From Clostridia bacterium (GTDB lineage: Bacteria; Bacillota; Clostridia; Oscillospirales; Acutalibacteraceae): 64,000 nt of DNA. Location of the stretch: NCBI GenBank assembly GCA_017468425.1, contig JAFUIO010000020.1, positions 93,185 through 157,184 on the forward strand, in the 5' to 3' direction. Each line of letters begins with the position of its first letter. Positions within the stretch are counted from its first letter, which is position 1. Below the pieces are notes generated by a model. The model saw only the letters and a list, made by a program, of their open reading frames with translations. It had not been told where the DNA came from and did not search any database. A program made the position numbers and the translations under genes. Positions 58,296 through 64,000 of the stretch are shown piece by piece.

Positions 58296-61200
58296 TGCCG
58301 CTTAAAGAAAATATTAAAAAAGTACTCGTTATCGGTTCAGGCCCTATCGTTATCGGACAAGCTGCTGAATTCGACTATGCAGGTGCACAGGCTTGCCGTG
58401 TACTTAAAGATGCAGGTCTTGATGTTGTTCTTGTAAACTCAAACCCTGCTACAATTATGACAGATAAGGCTCTTGCTGATGAAATTTATCTTGAGCCGCT
58501 TAATGCTGAAACAATCAAGAGAATCATTGAAAAAGAACGCCCCGACAGTATTCTTGCAGGTCTCGGCGGACAGACAGGTCTTACTATTGCTATGCAGCTT
58601 AATAAAGAGGGTTATCTCGATAAAATGGGTGTTAAACTCATCGGTACAAATGCTGAAGCAATTGACAAAGCTGAAGACCGTCAGCTTTTCCGTGATACAA
58701 TGGTTAAAATCGGTCAGCCCTGTATTCCTTCTGATATTACTACAAATATGGAAGGTGCAAGAAAAATTGCAGCTGAAATCGGTTATCCCGTAATTATCCG
58801 TCCTGCTTTCACACTTGGTGGTGCAGGTGGCGGTGTTTGTAACAATCCTGAAGAACTTGAGGTTATTGCAAACACAGGTCTTATGATGTCTCCTATTTCA
58901 CAGATTCTCGTTGAAAAATACATCTATGGCTGGAAAGAAATAGAATTTGAAACAATGCGTGACAGCGCAGGTAACTGCATAGCTGTTTGTAGTATGGAAA
59001 ACGTTGACCCTGTCGGCGTTCATACAGGTGACAGTATTGTTGTTGCTCCTGCAGTAACTCTTTCAAGCAAAGAATATAATATGCTTCGTAATGCATCACT
59101 TGATATTATTACTGAACTTGGTATTGAGGGTGGTTGTAACTGTCAGTTTGCTCTTAACCCTGAATCATTTGAATATGCAGTTATTGAGGTTAACCCCAGA
59201 GTTTCACGTTCATCTGCTCTTGCAAGTAAAGCAACAGGTTATCCAATTGCAAAGGTTACAACAAAAATTGCTCTCGGTTATACACTCGATGAAATCCAGA
59301 ACGATATCACAAAGAAAACATGTGCTTGTTTTGAGCCTACTGTTGACTACCTTGTTGTTAAATTCCCCAAATGGCCTTTTGATAAATTTGTAAATTCAAG
59401 CAGAACTCTCGGCACACAGATGAAAGCAACCGGCGAAGTTATGTCAATCGGTACTTCATTTGAAATGGCCATTATGAAAGCTGTACGCGGTGCTGAAATT
59501 TCTATGGATACGCTTAACACAAAGCGTCTCGATGATGTTACTGATATTGAAGCTAAGCTTCACGATATGGACGATATGAGAATGTTCACTATCTTTAAAG
59601 CACTTAAAAACGGCTTCAGTATTGATAAAATTCACGAAATTACCAGAATCGATGAGTGGTTCCTTTATAAACTTAAAAATCTTGCTGATTATGAGCTTAT
59701 GCTTGAAAGCGGCGAGCTCACCGATGATTACTATGAAAAAGGTAAGAAACTCGGTTATACAGATGCTGCTATTGAACGTATTTCAGGTGTAAACATAATG
59801 GAAAGTAAGAAAGCAGTTTACAAAATGGTTGACACTTGTGCTGCTGAATTCAAGGCTGAAACACCTTATTTCTACTCAACATTTGATAATCATTGCGAAA
59901 GCCGTGCATTCAAGAGAAGCGGCAAAGATGTAATTATGGTTCTCGGTTCAGGTCCTATCAGAATCGGTCAGGGTATTGAGTTTGACTATTCATCAGTTCA
60001 CTGTGTATGGTCACTTAAAGAACTCGGCTACGAAGTTGTTATTATCAATAATAACCCCGAAACCGTTTCAACTGACTTTGATACTGCTGACAGACTTTAT
60101 TTTGAACCTCTCACCGAAGAAGACGTTATGAACGTTATTGAGGTTGAAAAACCCATTGGCGTTGTTGTTGCATTCGGTGGTCAGACAGCTATTAAGCTTA
60201 CAAAATTCCTTGATGAGCAGGGTATTAAGATTCTCGGTACATCTGCTGAAGGTATTGATATTGCTGAAGACAGAGAAAAATTTGATGCGCTTCTTGAAAA
60301 ATTCGGCATCAGACGTCCTCAGGGCAGAACAATTATGAACACTGATGATGCTCTTAAAGCTGCTGAAGAACTTGAATATCCTGTTCTTCTCAGACCTTCA
60401 TATGTTATCGGCGGTCAGAATATGCAGATTTGCTATAATCCTGATGATATCAGACAGTATATGCAGATTATCCTTGAACAGAAAATCGAAAATCCTGTTC
60501 TTGTTGATAAATATATGATGGGTGCTGAACTTGAAGTTGACGTTATCTCTGACGGCAAAGATGTTCTTATTCCCGGTGTTATGCAGCATATTGAACGTGC
60601 AGGTGTTCACAGCGGTGACTCTATTGCAGTTTATCCGCCTTTCAACCTTAACGATAAAATGCTTGAAACACTTATCGACTGTTCAGAAAAACTTACACTT
60701 GAACTCGGCACAAAGGGTCTTGTTAACATTCAGTATCTTATTTACAGAAATGAACTTTATGTTATCGAAGTTAACCCCAGAGCTTCAAGAACAATTCCTT
60801 ATATCAGTAAAGTAACAGGCGTTCCAATGGTTGAACTCGCAACTAAGATTATGGTTGGCGAATCTCTTAAATCATTGGGTTACGGAACAGGCCTTTACAA
60901 AACTCCGCCTTATTTCGCTGTTAAAGCACCTGTGTTCTCATTTGAAAAGCTTTCAGATGTTAACTCATCACTTGGTCCTGAAATGAAATCAACAGGTGAA
61001 GTTCTCGGTCTTGGTGAAAACCTTGAAGAAGCACTTTATAAAGCACTTACAAGTGCCGGCTTCAGACTTCACGACTATAGCAAGAAGAGCGGTGGTGTTC
61101 TCCTTTCTGTAAGTGATAATGATAAGCCTGAGGTTCAGGAACTTGCAAGAAAATTCAATGATTTTGGTGTTAAGATTTATGCTACAAAATCAACTGCAGA

Positions 61201-62332
61201 ACTTATTGAACAGCTTGGTATCAAAGTTCACGTTGTGAAGAAACTTCACGATGATGAAAACGATGAAGTTATGCAGCTTCTTGAGGACGGTAAACTCGAC
61301 TATATTGTTTACACAGGTGTAGGTAAGAAAAATACAATTGCCGACTATATCCGTATCAACCGCAGAGCAGTTCAGCTTGCTATTACATGTATCACATCAA
61401 TGGATACTGCAAATGCACTTGTTGATACTATTGCAAGCCGTTATAATCTTTATAATACAGAGCTTGTTGATATCAACAATATGCGTCTTGAAAAAGAACC
61501 TCTTGATTTCTATAAGATGCAGGGTTGCGGTAATGACTTTATTATTCTCAATAACTTCAAGAATGACATTTCTTGTCCTGAATCTCTTACAATAAGTCTT
61601 GTAGACAGAAACTACGGTATCGGCGCTAACGGTCTTGTGCTTGTAGAAGGTTCTTCAAAAGCAGATGCCAAAATGCGTGTGTTCGGTTCAAACGGTAAAG
61701 AATCAGACCTTTATGGTAACTGCATACACTGTGTTGCTAAATATCTCTATGACAGAGGTATGATTAAGAAGTCTTCATTCACAATTGAAACTTCACAGGA
61801 TGTAAGAAAAGTCAAAGTTCACAGAATTAATGATGAAGTTCGTTCTGTAACTGTTAATATGGGTCTTCCTGATTGGTCACCTGAATCAGTTCCTGCAGTA
61901 AGAGATAGTGAAATTAAAGATTATGCTATTTCTTGTGCAGGCAGAGACCTTAAAATCAACTGTTTCTCACTTAACAGCCCTCACTGCGTTGTTTTCTGTG
62001 ATAATGTTGATGTTTTTGACCTTGCAAAAGTCGGCTATGCTCTTGAAAACCATGAGATGTTCCCCAAGGGAATAAATACCGAACTTGTTCAGTTTGTAAA
62101 TAAACGTGAACTCAAACTTCGCGTTTGGAAATCTGACTACGGTCTCACGCTTTCAAGTGGTACAGGTGCTTGCGCTGCAGTTGCAGCAGCAGTTGCTAAT
62201 GGTCTTTGCGGTAAAAACGAAGATATAACCGTTAAAACAAAGGGTGGCGAACTTATTGTTAACTACACTGATGACGGAATTCTTCTTTCAGGTAACGTTT
62301 CTATGATTTTCAACGGTACAATTAACTATTAA
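58295..62332 (+). CDS. carB: Carbamoyl-phosphate synthase large subunit fused in frame to a C-terminal DapF-like (diaminopimelate-epimerase fold) domain
   Basis: 1345 aa. Two ATP-grasp halves (VIGSGPIVIGQAAEFDYAG and VLGSGPIRIGQGIEFDYS) and an MGS-like domain, followed by FYKMQGCGNDF...SPHCVVF...SGTGACAAVA. Confidence 0.9.
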   Translation: MPLKENIKKVLVIGSGPIVIGQAAEFDYAGAQACRVLKDAGLDVVLVNSNPATIMTDKALADEIYLEPLNAETIKRIIEKERPDSILAGLGGQTGLTIAMQLNKEGYLDKMGVKLIGTNAEAIDKAEDRQLFRDTMVKIGQPCIPSDITTNMEGARKIAAEIGYPVIIRPAFTLGGAGGGVCNNPEELEVIANTGLMMSPISQILVEKYIYGWKEIEFETMRDSAGNCIAVCSMENVDPVGVHTGDSIVVAPAVTLSSKEYNMLRNASLDIITELGIEGGCNCQFALNPESFEYAVIEVNPRVSRSSALASKATGYPIAKVTTKIALGYTLDEIQNDITKKTCACFEPTVDYLVVKFPKWPFDKFVNSSRTLGTQMKATGEVMSIGTSFEMAIMKAVRGAEISMDTLNTKRLDDVTDIEAKLHDMDDMRMFTIFKALKNGFSIDKIHEITRIDEWFLYKLKNLADYELMLESGELTDDYYEKGKKLGYTDAAIERISGVNIMESKKAVYKMVDTCAAEFKAETPYFYSTFDNHCESRAFKRSGKDVIMVLGSGPIRIGQGIEFDYSSVHCVWSLKELGYEVVIINNNPETVSTDFDTADRLYFEPLTEEDVMNVIEVEKPIGVVVAFGGQTAIKLTKFLDEQGIKILGTSAEGIDIAEDREKFDALLEKFGIRRPQGRTIMNTDDALKAAEELEYPVLLRPSYVIGGQNMQICYNPDDIRQYMQIILEQKIENPVLVDKYMMGAELEVDVISDGKDVLIPGVMQHIERAGVHSGDSIAVYPPFNLNDKMLETLIDCSEKLTLELGTKGLVNIQYLIYRNELYVIEVNPRASRTIPYISKVTGVPMVELATKIMVGESLKSLGYGTGLYKTPPYFAVKAPVFSFEKLSDVNSSLGPEMKSTGEVLGLGENLEEALYKALTSAGFRLHDYSKKSGGVLLSVSDNDKPEVQELARKFNDFGVKIYATKSTAELIEQLGIKVHVVKKLHDDENDEVMQLLEDGKLDYIVYTGVGKKNTIADYIRINRRAVQLAITCITSMDTANALVDTIASRYNLYNTELVDINNMRLEKEPLDFYKMQGCGNDFIILNNFKNDISCPESLTISLVDRNYGIGANGLVLVEGSSKADAKMRVFGSNGKESDLYGNCIHCVAKYLYDRGMIKKSSFTIETSQDVRKVKVHRINDEVRSVTVNMGLPDWSPESVPAVRDSEIKDYAISCAGRDLKINCFSLNSPHCVVFCDNVDVFDLAKVGYALENHEMFPKGINTELVQFVNKRELKLRVWKSDYGLTLSSGTGACAAVAAAVANGLCGKNEDITVKTKGGELIVNYTDDGILLSGNVSMIFNGTINY
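61502..62329 (+). other. DapF-like domain with both catalytic Cys positions substituted (Tyr1140, Ser1288)
   Basis: By-eye alignment to E. coli and B. subtilis DapF. NCGNGLRCVAKY aligns with LYGNCIHCVAKY (TAT 61712-61714). QACGTGACAA aligns with LSSGTGACAA (AGT 62156-62158). Confidence 0.7.
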
Positions 62333-62352
62333 TTTTTTGGAGTGTGAAAGAT

Positions 62353-62904
62353 ATGCATGATAATGTGATTTTCAGAAGTGCAGCATTCGGCTTTGATAAG
62401 AGAGAAGTAATGGAGTACATTTCTTCGATTTGTGAAGTTAATGCTGAAAATATCAGACGCCTTAACGGGGCTAATGCTGAAATCGCAAAATGCAGACAGG
62501 AAAGCGAAAACTTCCGTAATGAAAACGCTGAACTTGTGGCAAAAAATAAAGCTCTTGAAGAAGAAATTGCTGAAAATCAAAAACTGATTGAATCTCTCAA
62601 TGAGAAAATTACTGAATTAACAGAAAAAGCTGAAAAGGTTAATGAAATTGAGGGTGCTGAAGAAAAAGCCAATCAGTTGATGATGGATTCTTTGCGTTAT
62701 TCTGAATCCTGCATTAAAAATGCACAGAGAGTTTCTGAATCTCTCAATATTTCAACAAAAAATAAAATTGATAAAGCAAAGAGCTGTCTTAACACTGTTT
62801 CAAGTGATTTTAAGAGCCTTACAGGACAGCTGGAGCAGTCAATTTCTGAAATTTCACAGCGTCTTGCTGAGTTGTCGAAAGGTCTTGATGATTCAGGTAA
62901 ATAA
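62353..62904 (+). CDS. DivIVA-domain coiled-coil protein
   Basis: N-terminal FRSAAFGFDKREVMEYI (compare F..GYD..EVD.FL), then heptad-rich E/K/L sequence. ATG 62353 after GGAGTG. Confidence 0.6.
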   Translation: MHDNVIFRSAAFGFDKREVMEYISSICEVNAENIRRLNGANAEIAKCRQESENFRNENAELVAKNKALEEEIAENQKLIESLNEKITELTEKAEKVNEIEGAEEKANQLMMDSLRYSESCIKNAQRVSESLNISTKNKIDKAKSCLNTVSSDFKSLTGQLEQSISEISQRLAELSKGLDDSGK

Positions 62905-62920
62905 TTAATAGTCAGTGATA

Positions 62921-62952
62921 AAGCCGATAACTCAAAAGTTATCGGCTTTTTT
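62921..62952 (+). terminator. Rho-independent terminator
   Basis: AAGCCGATAAC / GTTATCGGCTT stem followed by TTTT. Confidence 0.8.
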
Positions 62953-62957
62953 GTATG

Positions 62958-62982
62958 AAAAAACAGCCGCAAGATGCGACTG
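62958..62982 (-). terminator. Terminator for the convergent DUF1846 gene
   Basis: CAGCCGCA / TGCGACTG stem with a T-run on the minus strand. Confidence 0.55.
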
Positions 62983-62991
62983 CTTTAAAAG

Positions 62992-64000
62992 TTATTTTCT
63001 TTTTTCGTACCTCGGTTCACATGTAACGTTTATGCCGAGTCGTTTATATGTGCGTTCATCGACTTCAGAAATAATTACAGAAAAGTGAGCGTCACATCCT
63101 CTTAATTTATCAAGCTGATTAAGCGCAGACTGAGCATCGCTGTTTGTTACAGCACTGACACAAAGAGCAAGCAGAACCTCATCTGAATGTAAACGTGGGT
63201 TTCTGTGATGAAGGTTAGTTGTTTTCAATTTGCAGATAGGTTCGATAACCTCAGGACTGATAATGTTTATGTTTTCGTCAATACCTGCAAGTTTTTTCAG
63301 CGCATTAAGAAGAAGGGCAGATGATGCGCCAAGAAGGTCGGATGTTTTACCTGTGATAATTATATCATCAGTAATTACCATTGCACCGGCAGGAGCACCT
63401 GTTGTTTCTGCTTTATTTATAGAAGCACCGATAGCAGGGCACATATCAGGTTTGATGCCTTCGCGTTTCATAACAATTTCTATTTTTCTTACTGTTTCTG
63501 CACTTCCTTTGCCTTTTGCGTAATCAGCCTGTGCAGCATAATATCTTCTCAGAATTTCCATTTTACAAGCATCGCATACAGCATCGTCATCAATAATGCA
63601 GAAACCTGCCATATTAACGCCCATATCAGTGGGGGATTTATATGGAGAAAATCCTTGTATTCTTGTGAACATTTCAGAAAGTACAGGGAAAATTTCAACG
63701 TCTCTGTTGTAGTTTACGCTTGTAATTCCGTATGCTTCAAGATGGAACGGGTCAATCATATTAACGTCGTTAAGGTCAGCAGTTGCGGCTTCATACGCAA
63801 GGTTAACAGGGTGGTTAAGCGGTAAATTCCAGATAGGGAATGTTTCGTATTTGGCATAACCTGATTTTATACCGCGCTTGTTGTCGTGGTAAATCTGTGA
63901 AAGACATGTTGCCATTTTTCCGCTTCCGGGTCCGGGTGCGGTAATAACAACAAGAGAACGATCGGTTTCAATGTATTCGTTCATACCGTATCCTTCGTCG
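62992..64000 (-). CDS. DUF1846 / UPF0371 family protein, C-terminal part (5' end lies outside the window)
   Basis: ITAPGPGSGKMATCLSQIYHD...SGYAKYETFPIWNLPLNHPVNLAYEAATADLNDVNMIDPFH closely parallels the streptococcal UPF0371 protein as recalled. The frame stays open to base 64000. Confidence 0.8.
   Translation of the reverse strand, partial: DEGYGMNEYIETDRSLVVITAPGPGSGKMATCLSQIYHDNKRGIKSGYAKYETFPIWNLPLNHPVNLAYEAATADLNDVNMIDPFHLEAYGITSVNYNRDVEIFPVLSEMFTRIQGFSPYKSPTDMGVNMAGFCIIDDDAVCDACKMEILRRYYAAQADYAKGKGSAETVRKIEIVMKREGIKPDMCPAIGASINKAETTGAPAGAMVITDDIIITGKTSDLLGASSALLLNALKKLAGIDENINIISPEVIEPICKLKTTNLHHRNPRLHSDEVLLALCVSAVTNSDAQSALNQLDKLRGCDAHFSVIISEVDERTYKRLGINVTCEPRYEKRK

Noticed and set aside
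61481-61519. Internal ATGs (61481, 61517) considered as starts of an independent dapF gene.
   Set aside because: There is no stop codon in the carB frame upstream and no Shine-Dalgarno sequence before either ATG. Internal initiation cannot be excluded without data.

Overview
This 64-kb window is chromosomal DNA from a low-GC Firmicute of the Clostridia. A type-I dockerin module suggests a Ruminococcus-like organism that builds cellulosomes or amylosomes; that assignment is inference only.

The window is almost entirely core metabolism, mostly on the + strand:
- A sugar-utilisation cluster: GH2 fragment, WYL regulator, BadF-type kinase, GH4 6-phospho-beta-glucosidase, galK and an esterase.
- A 1552-aa secreted GLUG/Pmp-repeat protein carrying a dockerin.
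- nrdD behind a field of NrdR boxes.
- A two-gene macro-domain / vWA insert.
- The pyrCKDFEBI operon behind a leader terminator.
- An 11-gene purE-purF-purM-purN-(IMP cyclohydrolase)-purH-glyA-purD-purL operon behind a ZTP (pfl-type) riboswitch.
- A DEAD-box helicase and a secreted lipase.
- alaS behind a T-box leader, followed by HIT, comEC, holA, a Toprim protein, ispF, DUF3343 plus a class-V desulfurase, and cdaA-cdaR.
- PAP2 phosphatase, prs and a CDF transporter on the minus strand.
- An ABC-F ATPase, a HAD hydrolase, ylmH, carA-carB, a DivIVA-like protein and a DUF1846 fragment.

I saw no transposase, integrase, phage gene, CRISPR array, tRNA or rRNA, and no recognisable defence island.

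The features that existing annotation does not explain are:
1. carB is extended in frame by a complete DapF-fold domain in which both catalytic cysteines are replaced.
2. nrdD carries a C-terminal CPNC glutaredoxin-like domain and has no adjacent nrdG.
3. The operon's purF lacks the N-terminal Cys nucleophile.
4. A candidate leader-peptide attenuator lies upstream of carA.
5. The pyr leader has a terminator but no visible PyrR site.

All calls come from reading the sequence and translations by eye. No database or folding computation was run.
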